Positions 33,520 to 47,814 of a stretch of DNA of 64,000 nt are shown here, piece by piece. The first letter of the stretch is position 1. Each line of letters starts with the position of its first letter. Below the pieces are notes generated by a model. It saw nothing but the letters and a program-made list of their open reading frames with translations. It was not told the origin of the DNA and made no database searches. The translations under genes and the position numbers were made by a program. The stretch spans positions 110,422,001-110,486,000 of the forward strand of contig OZ024742.1 in NCBI GenBank assembly GCA_964016885.1, given 5' to 3'. The DNA is from Eledone cirrhosa. Taxonomy: Eukaryota.

Positions 33520-34100
33520 AATAGTGTTTCTTTGAGAGCTACCAGTCTGAATTGGATCGTAAATATTAAAATATGATAACAATGCAATTCTTTATAGGTC
33601 TTAACATTTCGGGATGAAATACCTTCATCAGAAGATTAATAGAAGAAACTAGTTCGAATATGTATTCTTTCTGTCGATTTTAAGCTGACATCTTGTTTTT
33701 GAAATTTGAATGTGGTCTATTTTTTTAAACGCTAGAAGTGGTGAATGTATCACGTGGTATGTTCTATAAGCTATTGTTGTATCATTTGTTAAATGGAATG
33801 AAATGTTGTACTGTCTATATCAGTATTAGCCACTTAGTGTTGATCCTAGTTTATTATTAATCTTAGGTTTCAGTTTAACTATTATTATAGATTCTTTTAG
33901 TCTGAGACTGTTGGAATTTCTAGTACAGTGGAAGTATCCATTGTCACAAAAGGTGAAAACGCACGTGAGGTGCGGAGTAACATCAAGGTGATGTTGACTG
34001 ATTTTTCGACTATTGTGCTTCTCGAATATTAACTAGAAGGATAAACAGTTTGAAAGCAGTGCAAATTGGAAATCCTTTGATGTCTTACTGACGCAGTGTG
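33520..34100 (-). pseudogene. Old PLE 3' relic with a degenerate HHR at 33599-33635
   Basis: Minus strand LRLKESIIIVKLKPKINNKLGS (GIY-YIG C-terminus), then TCTT-CTGATGA-aggtatttcatccc-GAAA-TGTT^AAGA. Confidence 0.6.
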
Positions 34101-34842
34101 ACACATGACTACAGATCTGTAGGCCTCGCAAAACTGATACTGTTTTGGTTCATTTGTCGCAGCTGATCTACAAGTAAAAGAGAGAAAGAGATAACGAGAG
34201 AAAGGAGGTACATAGAAAGAGACTGAAAGAAAAATAGATAGTTAGTGAGAGAGAGAGATAAAGAGAGATAAATAAAGAGAGAGTGAGAGATACATAGAGA
34301 GATAAATAGAGAGAGAATGAGAGTAAGAAAGATAGAGAGAAAGGGAGAGAGCGACAGATAGAGAGAGAAAGAGAATTATTCTTTAGCAGACAACTGGCAT
34401 TTTATTGGCATCGAAATTATGAACGTTCAGCCCTAGCAAGATTTTGAACACTAACAATGAAATTCCACTATTTAACGCGTCTGACAACTTGATGTCTTAT
34501 ATATCAACTACAGCAATGGAAAGTAAAGCCAATTTTAACTAATTTCGAAGACATTCCGTAATAAAAGGAAATGATGTCTTGAAATTCATAAAACCCAGCA
34601 GTCTATTGTTTCTGTTAAGAAATCCCCTCATTTAATGTAAATATTGTAAGAGAGAAAAATGGTAAAATTGCAGAGGAAATGAAATAGCTGATAGAAAGTT
34701 CTAGTTTATGTATTTATGATAATACTGGAGAAGAGAAGGTCTGTTGTTCACATGATGCAGAAAATATAACTCAAAACATTTCCTTCGTTAAACACACTTT
34801 TCCGGTTTCCTCGCCGCAGTATACATACATGCATACATACAT

Positions 34843-34890
<48 letters not shown>

Positions 34891-35008
34891 GGAAATTCCT
34901 TTTTTGTAAATAAATGTCTTGCTGTTTTCCATGAGAAAATCCCTTTAGCATTTTCTACTGTTTTTTGTTTTTACTATTATATATATAAATTTGTGTGTCA
35001 ATTCTCTA

Positions 35009-35066
<58 letters not shown>

Positions 35067-35209
35067 AGTTGACGGAACTAGCATGGGTTTCACTACGTGG
35101 ACCGGTTGCATCCCAGCGTACTCAATAGATAATGTTAAATAAATTCCCATAGTAGACACATAGTTATTCGATTTAATATAACGCACGTAAATGTATACCT
35201 TCAATTATT

Positions 35210-35328
35210 CCCGTTCTCGAGTTTCGACCACACTTAATGCAGCAATAGAGCGCACAGAACCCATTGTCCGCATATATTATGCAACAATGCAACAATGCAC
35301 AATCGGCGCATGTGGCTTTATCAGCGGG
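35210..35328 (-). ncRNA. Degenerate long-stem II hammerhead
   Basis: Minus strand: CCCG-CTGATAA-aGCCACAT..GTGTGGTc-GAAA-CTCGAG-AA^CGGG; two core mismatches. Confidence 0.55.
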
Positions 35329-35556
35329 TTTCACCTAATCGATCGACAGGATTATATTCCAGTCCGTGCCGGCTATGACTATGTGACGGCCAACACAGCA
35401 AAACGTTAGCAACTGAAATCTCTACGCGTCATCACAATGCCGTCCACTGATTGGCTGGTGAAAAGAATACTAACTACAGGCGATAGTGATTGCTAGACTC
35501 AATTTAACAATAAACCAAGAAAATAAATACAAACCAGAATTGTGGTAACTACCGAT

Positions 35557-35636
35557 CACCCGGACAGTTTTGATAGTACTGTTTCGCAATATTATTTGTG
35601 AAGAGGAATACCAAAATCCTAGCTCATCAGCGGGTG
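35557..35636 (-). ncRNA. Type I hammerhead ribozyme
   Basis: Minus strand: CACCCG-CTGATGA-GC..GC-GAAA-CAGTactatcaaaACTG-TC^CGGGTG. Confidence 0.85.
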
Positions 35637-35992
35637 CAGAAATAAGTATCCTGATCACTTCTAAATATAATAAGAAACTGGATAGTGTGTGTATATGTAA
35701 CGCACATGGTTCCCGAACTTAGCGTGTCTCGCAGACACACGCCACTAAAAATCGCAGCCGAGTTTACTAGACATTTGAATTAGCCCGACGAATTAACGGA
35801 GCCGAATATACCAAAGGCATGTATTGAGTTAGAAACTCAATTAGAAATTGTAGTTAGTATTATTTTCACCTTAGCGATTCTGGTCCATTACGATTTGAAC
35901 ACATATATGTATATACGGCTCGGAAAAACCTCTTTCCTAGAGCTATTTTACTGTAATGAGACTATTTTGAGTTTCTAACTCAATACATGCCT

Positions 35993-36693
<701 letters not shown>

Positions 36694-36791
36694 AAATGAA
36701 GTAATTCCGTCGGAAAAGTCCAGGAAAAAAGTGTGCTCTATGTAGGTAACAGAGCTTAATAGTTATGTAATAAACAACATAAGGCAATTAT

Positions 36792-36849
36792 TCCATTTAC
36801 CAGTGGTTTCTTAAAAGCAAAAGATTTTGCTTTCAATCCTCAGAATGAA
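36792..36849 (-). ncRNA. Type I hammerhead ribozyme
   Basis: Minus strand: TTCATT-CTGAGGA-TTGAAAGCAAAatcttTTGCTTTTAA-GAAA-CCAcTGG-TA^AATGGA. Relative at 43922-43980. Confidence 0.85.
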
Positions 36850-37009
36850 AAAATCCTGGTCTGTTTATTGAATTTGAATTTTAAAAAACAAAAATGCAAT
36901 CTATATGAAAGTGAGGCTGGAGAAAGAAGAAGGAAAGGAAAAATAAAATAAAACCACACATGCAAACACACACACAAACATGCACACACACACACACAAA
37001 AGCATACAT

Positions 37010-37076
<67 letters not shown>

Positions 37077-37218
37077 TTGAAAACAAAATGAAAACGAAAT
37101 TTCATTTCTCACTCTTAGTATGGCACTTACTTAAATGTAAGTATGTATGTATACGTACATACATATATGTATACAGACGTACAGTAGCATGCATATATAT
37201 ACATATATATACATATAC

Positions 37219-37307
<89 letters not shown>

Positions 37308-37311
<4 letters not shown>

Positions 37312-40300
37312 TAAGAGGAATTCCAACTTTGTCTGATTTACTCGTTTTATTTACAATCCTTTAAAATGTATAATGGTATTATAATGAAATAGTATGATAG
37401 AATATTAAATTCTAAGTGTTTATTGAACAAGTACTTTCATGCTTTCGCAATCTTCAGGTTCATAATATGTGGTGACAGTCGAGTTTTCAATTTTCAACTG
37501 TAATGAGATGGGTAAATTTCCTACCTTTTATACATTTTATACAGAGAAAAGTGGCTCCAGAATGCTAAGCCCTGTAAACTGTATTTCGACCAATCAGTGT
37601 GTAGTTTCACTGAATTACTAAAGCTGATTGGTTTAAGCGTCACGGCTGGTTGAGCATGCTAACGACCAATGATCATATCCAAAGCATCAATTGTTTTGCT
37701 ATGTTTAGAAATGATGAAAATAGCATTTTCTATTAATCATCACCATCAACATCACTTTTATTATTATTATTATTGTTGTTGTTGTTGTTGTTGTTAGTGG
37801 TCGTGGTCATAGTGGTAGTAGAAGTAGTACCCCTAAGCGTTATTATTGTTCATTTAGCTTGGGTTTGAATTTATCAATAAAATTCTTTTCTTTGATTTTT
37901 CTCTTGATTTTACTTGGGCTGTGTAATTTGTAGAATGGGAATATTATAAATATTCCCTGACCACATGTTGCCAGGTGACCGCTTAGGGGTATCTGACGGA
38001 CATTTGGGTCTCTGATTTGTTGACGGTGTACCCGTGCACGTTCCGATAGTGCATTTCCAGTTTGACCGACATATAGTTCTTCACAATTCGGGCATTTAAT
38101 GCAGTAAATTAGATTTCTGCTTTTGCAGTTCATATTTGCATTTGGGAATATTTTTCCAGTTTTTGTTTTCATATATTGACCGGCGTGTATGGATTGACAT
38201 GTGCCGCATCGACTATCATTGCATTTAGATACAGTGAATGATTGGTCTTTTGTTAGTAATTGCTTCAAATTTTTTGGCTGTCTTTTACTAAGAGTCAAAG
38301 ATCGATCTGTGATTAAGCCTTTTAATTCATTACTTTGACCAATGATCGGTAGGTTTGCTTTGGCAGTGTTGAAGATATTCTGGTGACATGGGTTGTGTGT
38401 CATTATAAATGGTATGACGAGTTCTTGGTTTCTTCTTCCTTGGGTTGTTCTAAGTTGTTGTACAGGTATTTTTATAGCCAGCTGTATGCCATTTTCTATA
38501 AGTAGAGATGGGTATTTTTATTTGAGCAAAAATTCTCTTAGTTCTGTTAGGCGTTTGTTCCTGGTATTCGTATCTTCTACAATGGTACAAATTCTTCTGG
38601 CTAGGCAGTATGGGATGTTGCGTTTTGTATGAGGTGGATGGCACGACTTAAAATTCAGATATTGATGGGTGTCTGTGTGTTTATAATATATATCCGTGGT
38701 AATGGTGGTGTCGTTTTTGATTATCATTATATCTAGGAATGGTAATTTGGTCCTACTCATCTCTTTTGTGAATTGGAGAGATGGGTGTAGGTTATTCAGG
38801 GGGATAATGAACTCATCCAGAGTATCTAGAGATTCTGTCCAGATGATGAAACAGTCGTCAAGGTATCTCTTCCAAGATTTTTCCATGTACTTTCTAAAGT
38901 CAGTACTATATTTTTCCTCTATTTCTTGGTAGAGTTGTTGTTCTAAGTATCCCATTACAGAGTTCGCGTAAACGGGAGCAAACTTCGTTCCCATCGCTGT
39001 GCCTCTAATTTGGATGTAATTCTTTCCATTGAAGAAGAAAGTGTTGTTTTCCAGAATAAGTTTAACTGCGTCTAATATAAATAGCTCTGTGAATCTAATG
39101 GGAATCACTTCTCTATGTTTTTCCACCCAGTATTTAACCGCCTTTATTTCTAAATCATGTGTAATGTTGGTGTAAAGGCTTACCACATCAAAACTGAGTA
39201 GAAGTGAATTCGTTTCCGTGGTTTTGGGAAGATGGGACAGGAAGTCGATATCATCCCGGATGAAACTGGGTATGTGAATACATAGTGGTTTCAAAATAAT
39301 GTCAACAAAATTGCTTAGACGGTGGGTGGGGCATGTTGGACCAGCTATAATAGGTCTAAGTTTCAAGTCTTTTGGGTGTATAATTTAATGTACTCACTGT
39401 TTTGTTCTCTTACTGCCAGTTGTATTTCTTTTGACTTATGAACTTTCGGTAGGCCATACAAGTTGCTGGGTTTCGGCTCAAAATTGGTGATGTAGTCTCT
39501 TTCCTTATCAGTAAATGAGTTGTGGTATTTTGAAGCCAGGTTGTTGATCTTCTTCATGATGTTGTGGTCTATATTTGACGGTATTTCATGATAGAATGTT
39601 GTGTCTTTCAGTTGTTCCTCAACCAAATCCTTGTAGAATTCAGTATCCATTATAACAACTGCACCCCCTTTATCTGCTAGTTTAATTATTATTGTTTTAT
39701 CATTTTGTATACGTTTAAGTGCAGACATTTCTGATTTGTTAATGTTTGGCCTAACATTAGTATTATGTCTAAGAGGAAATTTAGACAGGATGTCAATGTA
39801 TTGGTCGAGATAGATATTTCTTCCTTTTGGCGGAGTGAAATTTGATTTATTCTTTACTAGTGATTCATCACTCTCATTATTTTTATCAGCGAAGAATTCT
39901 ACAAGACGTAATTTTCGACAGAATTCTTGGGTATTCTCCTTCAGTTCTTGGTGATTGACTGTTGGAGTCGGTGTGAATTTCAGTCCTTTTGACAGAATTT
40001 GCATTTCATCATTGTCAAGATCTCTTTTAGATAAATTAATTATTTTAGGATCTACGTGTACAGCTGTTTTGGGTATGTTTCCTCCTGGAGTTTTTCTTTT
40101 TCCGGTTTTTGTTGTCCTGACGTTAAAAAATGGATTTTTCTCTGTTCAGGATTTATATTCCTGTTGGTGTTCGCTTGATGAACTTTTGGTCGTGATATTA
40201 TATTTGGTTTCGTTATGTATTTTGTCCTATTTTTGGTATTATGTATATTATTTTTCTTCCTGTTAGCATTATTTTTAACAATTTGGGAAAATGACCTAGG

Positions 40301-40655
40301 TTTGCTTTCAGGTTTAGATCGTTTTTTCGTCCAGTTTCTTGTGGGCAATCTCTGTTGAGATCTTGAGAGTGATCTGGTTATTCTACGTTTTGTTTCCACA
40401 TTCCTTGTTGGTAGTCTCTGTTGAGATCTTGAGAATGATCTCCTGGTTTTACTACTTCTCATGGTCTGGTCAAAGGAATATCTATCGTGTTTGTGCTTTT
40501 TGTTCATGTTGTGTGCGATAGGGTGTTTTTGTAGAAAAAGCGAAGAGTTATTACCGTAGCTCTTCTTTGATTCAAGGTAAGGTGAGTGTTTGTGTTGGCA
40601 CGTGTTCTGGCGTATGTTGTGTTGATGAGATTGTCCACTTTTAATGCTTTTTCTC
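37308..40655 (-). pseudogene. Neptune-like PLE, long arm (N-terminal region, RT, GIY-YIG, pLTR; disrupted)
   Basis: ORF pieces 40052-about 40655, 39363-40004 (LSKGLKFTP, ADKGGAVV, YGLPKVHK), 38518-39366 (RYLDD) and 37843-38403 (YVGQTG). HHR at 37425-37461. Confidence 0.92.
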
Positions 40656-42439
40656 AGAAATACAACTGGCAGTGTAAGAGAACAAAACAGTGAGTACATT
40701 AAATTATTACACCCAAAAGACTTAAAACTTAGACCTATTATAGCTGGTCCAACATGCCCCACCCACCGTCTAAGCAATTTTGTTGACATTATTTTGAAAC
40801 CACTATGTATTCACATACCCAGTTTCATCCGGGATGATATCGACTTCCTGTCCCATCTTCCCAAAACCACGGAAACGAATTCACTTCTACTCAGTTTTGA
40901 TGTGGTAAGCCTTTACACCAACATTACACATGATTTAAGAATAAAGGCGGTTAAATACTGGGTGGAAAAACATAGTGAAGTGATTCCCATTAGATTCACA
41001 GCGCCATTTATATTAGACGGAGTTAAACTTATTCTGGAAAACAACACTTTCTTCTTCAATGGAAAGAATTACATCCAAATTAGAGGCACAGCGATGGGAA
41101 CGAAGTCTGCTCCCGTTTACGCGAACTCTGTAATGGGATACTTAGAACAACAACTCTACCAAGAAATAGAGGAAAAATATAGTACTGACTTTAGAAAGTA
41201 CATTGAAAAATCTTGGAAGAGATACCTTGACGACTGTTTCATCATCTGGACAGAATCTCTAGATACTCTGGATGAGTTCATTATCCCCCTGAATAACCTA
41301 CACCCATCTCTCCAATTCACAAAAGAGATGAGTAGGACCAAATTACCATTCCTAGATATAATGATAATCAAAAACGACACCACCATTACCACGGATATAT
41401 ATTATAAACACACAGACACCCATCAATATCTGAATTTTAAGTCGTGCCATCCACCTCATACAAAACGCAACATCCCATACTGCCTAGCCAGAAGAATTTG
41501 TACCATTGTAGAAGATACGAATACCAGGTACAAACACCTAACAGAACTAAGAGAATTTTTGCTCAAACAAAAATACCCATCTCTACTTATAGAAAATGGC
41601 ATAAGCGGGCTATAAAAATACCTGTACAACAACTTAGAACAACCCAAGGAAGAAGAAACCAAGAACTGGTCATACCATTTATAATGACACACAACCCATG
41701 TCACCAGAATATCTTCAACACTGCCAAAGTAAACCTACCGATCATTGCTCAAAGTAATGAATTAAAAGGCTTAATCACAGATCGATCTTTGACTCTTAGT
41801 AAAAGACAGCCAAAAAATTTGAAGCAATTACTAACAAAAGCAAAGTTTGACCTTAACAACAAAGACCAATCATTCACTGTATCTAAATGCAATGATAGTC
41901 GATGCGGCACATGTCAATCCATACACGCCGGTCAATATATGAAAACAAAAACTGGAAAAATATTCCCAAATGCAAATATGAACTGCAAAAGCAGAAATCT
42001 AATTTACTGCATTAAATGCCCGAATTGTCAAGAAATATATGTCGGTCAAACTGGAAATGCAATATCGGAACGTGCACGGGTACACCGTCAACAAATCAGA
42101 GACCCAAATGTCCGTCAGATACCCCTAAGCGGTCACCTGGCAACATGTGGTCAGGGAATATTTATAATATTCCCATTCTACAAATTACACAGCCCAAGTG
42201 AAATCAAGAGAAAAATCAAAGAAAAGAATTTTATTGATAAATTCAAACCCAAGCTAAATGAACAATAATAACGCTTAGGGGTACTACTTCTACTACCACT
42301 ATGACCACGACCACTAACAACAACAACAACAACAACAACAATAATAATAATAATAAAAGTGATGTTGATGGTGATGATTAATAGAAAATGCTATTTTCAT
42401 CATTTCTAAACATAGCAAAACAATTGATGCTTTGGATAT

Positions 42440-42592
42440 GATCATTGGTCGTTAGCATGCTCAACCAGCCGTGACGCTTAAACCAATCAGCTTTAGTAAT
42501 TCAGTGAAACTACACACTGATTGGTCGAAATACAGTTTACAGGGCTTAGCATTCTGGAGCCACTTTTCTCTGTATAAAATGTATAAAAGGTA
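42440..42592 (+). promoter_or_regulatory. Putative Pol II promoter in the pLTR (CCAAT boxes + TATA)
   Basis: ATTGG (about 42444), CCAATCAG (about 42484), CTGATTGG (about 42517) and TATAAAA (about 42573, about 42582), 60-70 nt upstream of the HHR. Confidence 0.5.
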
Positions 42593-42652
42593 GGAAATTT
42601 ACCCATCTCATTACAGTTGAAAATTGAAAACTCGACTGTCACCACATATCAT

Positions 42653-42689
42653 GAACCTGAAGATTGCGAAAGCATGAAAGTACTTGTTC
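42653..42689 (+). ncRNA. Minimal hammerhead ribozyme
   Basis: GAAC-CTGAAGA-tTGCgaaaGCAt-GAAA-GTAC-TT^GTTC; mirror copy at 37425-37461 (-). Confidence 0.85.
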
Positions 42690-42839
42690 AATTAACACTT
42701 AGAATTTAATATTCTATCATACTATTTCATTATAATACCATTATATATTTTAAAGGATTGTAAATAAAACGAGTAAATCAGACAAAGTTGGAATTCCTCT
42801 TATTAATATAATCTTCTATACACAATCATACACACCCGT

Positions 42840-43830
<991 letters not shown>

Positions 43831-43921
43831 AACTCAGTCTTAGATAATTCAAATGAACCTTACATATACATATATATATAGTAGTAAAGTAATAAAGTAA
43901 TAAGCAACATAAGGCAATTAT

Positions 43922-43980
43922 TCCATTCACCAGTGGTTTCTTAAAAGCAAAAAAAATTTGCCTTCAATCTTCAGAATGAA
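43922..43980 (-). ncRNA. Hammerhead with a GUG (probably non-cleavable) site
   Basis: Minus strand: TTCATT-CTGAAGA-ttgaaggcaaa..ttgcttttaa-GAAA-CCACTGG-TG^AATGGA. Confidence 0.7.
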
Positions 43981-44095
43981 AAAAACCTGTATATATATAT
44001 GTATATATATATGTATATATATGTATATATATATGTATATGTATATGTATATATATGTATATATATGTATATATATGTATATATATATATATAAG

Positions 44096-45570
44096 AACAA
44101 ATGACGAAACGAAATTAAATTTCGTTTCGTTTGTAACTCACTTTTGTATGACTGACGCTTAAACAATTAAGTTAAAAAAATTACATCTACATATGCATAC
44201 TGAAATACTAGTGTGTATATGAATACACACACGTATACATATGTATATGTAACAAGTCTTTCACTGGTTGCTTTACTGTGAGCACCCAGCTATTCTGTAT
44301 GTAAACACACAGACAAACCGGTTTTTAGAGTCATACTGGTTTTTGAGGGAACACCTTCCCTCTATTCTCCAGAAAGCCAGACAAGGAATATTGAACTAGT
44401 TTCGTTGTTGTTACAACTCATCAGCAATATTTACCTATCTACCGGCCCTTCTGGAGAATTGTAAAAGCACATATCGTTATATGCTTTTTCTATGAAAATT
44501 AGTAGTGGGCAGACTAATTTGCATAGAGTGTGAGTACGCACCGGTTCAGCGGAGACGATAAAAACAAATGACGAAACGAAATTAAATTTCGTTTCGTTTG
44601 TAACTCACTTTTGTATGACTGACGCTTAAACAATTAAGTTAAAAAAATTACATCTACATATGCATACTGAAATACTAGTGTGTATATGAATACACACACG
44701 TATACATATGTATATGTAACAAGTCTTTCACTGGTTGCTTTACTGTGAGCACCCAGCTATTCTGTATGTAAACACACAGACAAACCGGTTTTTAGAGTCA
44801 TACTGGTTTTTGAGGGAACACCTTCCCTCTATTCTCCAGAAAGCCAGACAAGGAATATTGAACTAGTTTCGTTGTTGTTACAACTCATCAGCAATATTTA
44901 CCTATCTACCGGCCCTTCTGGAGAATTGTAAAAGCACATATCGTTATATGCTTTTTCTATGAAAATTAGTAGTGGGCAGACTAATTTGCATAGAGTGTGA
45001 GTACGCACCGGTTCAGCGGAGACGATAAAAACAAATGACGAAACGAAATTAAATTTTGTTTCGTTTGTAACTCACTTTTGTATGACTGACGCTTAAACAA
45101 TTAAGTTAAAAAAATTACATCTACATATGCATACTGAAATACTAGTGTGTATATGAATACACACACGTATACATATGTATATGTAACAAGTCTTTCACTG
45201 GTTGCTTTACTGTGAGCACCCAGCTATTCTGTATGTAAACACACAGACAAACCGGTTTTTAGAGTCATACTGGTTTTTGAGGGAACACCTTCCCTCTATT
45301 CTCCAGAAATGATGAGTTGTAACAACAACGAAACTAGTTCAATATTCCTTGTCTGGCTTTCTGTAGGAATAGAGGGAAGGTGTTCCCTCAAAAACCAGTA
45401 TGACTCTAAAAACCGGTTTGTCTGTGTGTTTACATACAGAATAGCTGGGTGCTCACAGTAAAGCAACCAGTGAAAGACTTGTTACATATACATATGTATA
45501 CGTGTGTGTATTCATATACACACTAGTATTTCAGTATGCATATGTAGATGTAATTTTTTTAAACTTAATT
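44096..45570 (-). mobile_element. Tandem array of 467-bp units (about 2.6) with hammerheads (44387-44431, 44854-44898) plus an inverted arm at 45310-45570; retrozyme-like
   Basis: ATGACGAAAC at 44101, 44568 and 45035. Minus strand: AATATTG-CTGATGA-GTTGTaacaACAAC-GAAA-CTAG-TT^CAATATT. Confidence 0.9.
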
Positions 45571-45584
45571 GTCTATATATATAA

Positions 45585-45694
<110 letters not shown>

Positions 45695-45695
45695 G

Positions 45696-45726
<31 letters not shown>

Positions 45727-45843
45727 GTATATATATGTATATGTATATATATATATGTATATATATATATATTTGTATCTATATATATATGTATATATAT
45801 ATGTATATATATATAAGTATATATATATAAGTATATATATATG

Positions 45844-45923
<80 letters not shown>

Positions 45924-45929
45924 TATACA

Positions 45930-47455
45930 TAAGAGCGATCACTTAGATGGAACCACCCGTAGCAAAAGTACAAGAACACGTAATCGCCACCGTAACGTCC
46001 TATGGTTCCACCCCCCTACTCTCGAAGTGTGGCCTCCAACATACCCCGGATATTCTTCGAAGCCTTAGAGAAGAACTTCCCACCCAACCATAGGTATAGA
46101 AAAATTCTTAATAGGAACAATATAAAAATATCCTTCTCTACTACTCCTAACCTAGCAGACATCATAGGAACAACGAACCACAGTAAGATCACCAAGACAC
46201 AGCACCTCGACACAGACGCACCTACACCTGATAATAACTATATAGGCCTTAACAACTCCCTGACAGCATCCAATAGTGTTGGCAACGGCATCCGCAGACG
46301 CAACCAGAATGACCGCGAAGTGACTGGGGAACATGCAGAACATGACGTGCCGAATAACAATCGCACCATCCCGCGTGCTGTGGGTTGTAATTGTGCTAAC
46401 GACAGCTGCGGTAGCGTAGGTAACAACGTAGGCAGCAGCAATGATAGCCTTACCGTGGGAAATAGACGGAACCGCGACAGAAATTGCAACTGCCGCGACA
46501 GAGGACGCTCCCCCCTTAGAGGATACTGCTTGACTGATAGGGTTATATATAGATGCACTATTACTAGCCACAATAGCGTTAAACATTATATAGGGGCCAC
46601 CTCCGGCCCGTTCAAAATTAGGTTTCGAACACATCTCCACTCTTTCACAAATAGAAAACTAAGGCACTCCACTTCGCTCGCGGACTACATCACATCACTA
46701 AAGGACTTAAACATCAGCTTCTACACGCACTGGGAGATTGTCGGCAGGGCTGCACCGTACAACTTCAAGAGGAAATGCGATCTTTGCCTCATGGAGCTCT
46801 ACCACATCATAACTGGACCCCACGAGCTCATCAACAGCAGAGCTGAAACAGCGATAAGTTGTACACATCGCTTAAAAATATCCTTCTTTAGATGGGTTAA
46901 GAATGAAGAGTGAAATAGTACACTGGATCTCCCTGCAACAAGTCTTAACACCCCGGCGGGCAGGCGCAGCAAAATAACACACAGAAAACAATCCTTGCAT
47001 ACCAGACCCAGCCTCAGACAAACGGATGCGGCAAAAAAAAAAAAATTATCCGGGAAAGACTGCCCTAACACCGGCCTGAGTTACCTCCCTTGACCTGCTG
47101 CAAAATCAAAACAAGATATTTTTGCGAGCAATGAATCTTGATGTAGATTTAACCCCCAAAACTCTTTCCGAACTATATAAGGAACACTTGTGATTATTTA
47201 TGCCCTTGAGAAACCCAACTGGGCGAAACGTACGTAGGTGATATTTTAAATAAACATGTTTTAACGGTCTATTCTCCGATTTTTAACTTTCCCACGTGCT
47301 TACACTCTGCTAACTCTCTAGCCCACTAAATATTAACACTTCGAATATTTAATACTGCCGGCACTAGTATCGAGCACCTTTGGCATACGCTACTTGGCAA
47401 ATAACTATATGTATCACCTATCCCTCCTTTTTCTCTCTTTCTCGATACGTAAATA
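45930..47455 (+). mobile_element. 5'-truncated PLE (GIY-YIG ORF end to 46913) with a pLTR; U3-A8 HHR-like motif at 47201-47242
   Basis: NCNCRDRGRSPLRGYCL..VIYRC..YIGATSGPFKIRFRTH. Motif CC-TTGAGAA-aCCCaactGGGc-GAAA-CGTACG-TA^GG, with TATATAA at about 47174. Confidence 0.85.
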
Positions 47456-47462
47456 CTATATG

Positions 47463-47493
<31 letters not shown>

Positions 47494-47508
47494 GTATATA
47501 TATATATG

Positions 47509-47542
<34 letters not shown>

Positions 47543-47814
47543 TGAGCTCAAGCCGTTTCGACGGCTAATTCTGTACTGAATTCAGTACAGAATTAGCCGT
47601 CGAAACGGCTTGAGCTCAGCCGTCAGGGTCTTACTTGTTCCTATTACCCACTCTACTACCCTAAGTATTGAGTACTTTGGTGCTTTATGGTCCACCTGGT
47701 TCCTTACCACATTTCCTTCGTTATCTAGCTCCTATCCCCGTAGTAGAGCAGTTTCCGACCCTACCACGCCGTACCCAGACTTTTCCGCTAAGCTCAATTT
47801 CTTTCACCCGCACC

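Larger units (their letters stand above)
40656..42837 (+). pseudogene. Neptune-like PLE, inverted shorter arm with a 3' tail
   Basis: ORFs 40644-41615 and 41444-42268 (one frameshift at about 41605); mirrors 37308-about 39428. Confidence 0.92.

Noticed and set aside
35780-35945. Plus-strand TAGC-CCGACGA...GAAA...GCTA giant hammerhead
   Set aside because: There is no valid stem III or NUH site; the local inverted repeats are better explained by rearranged element tails.
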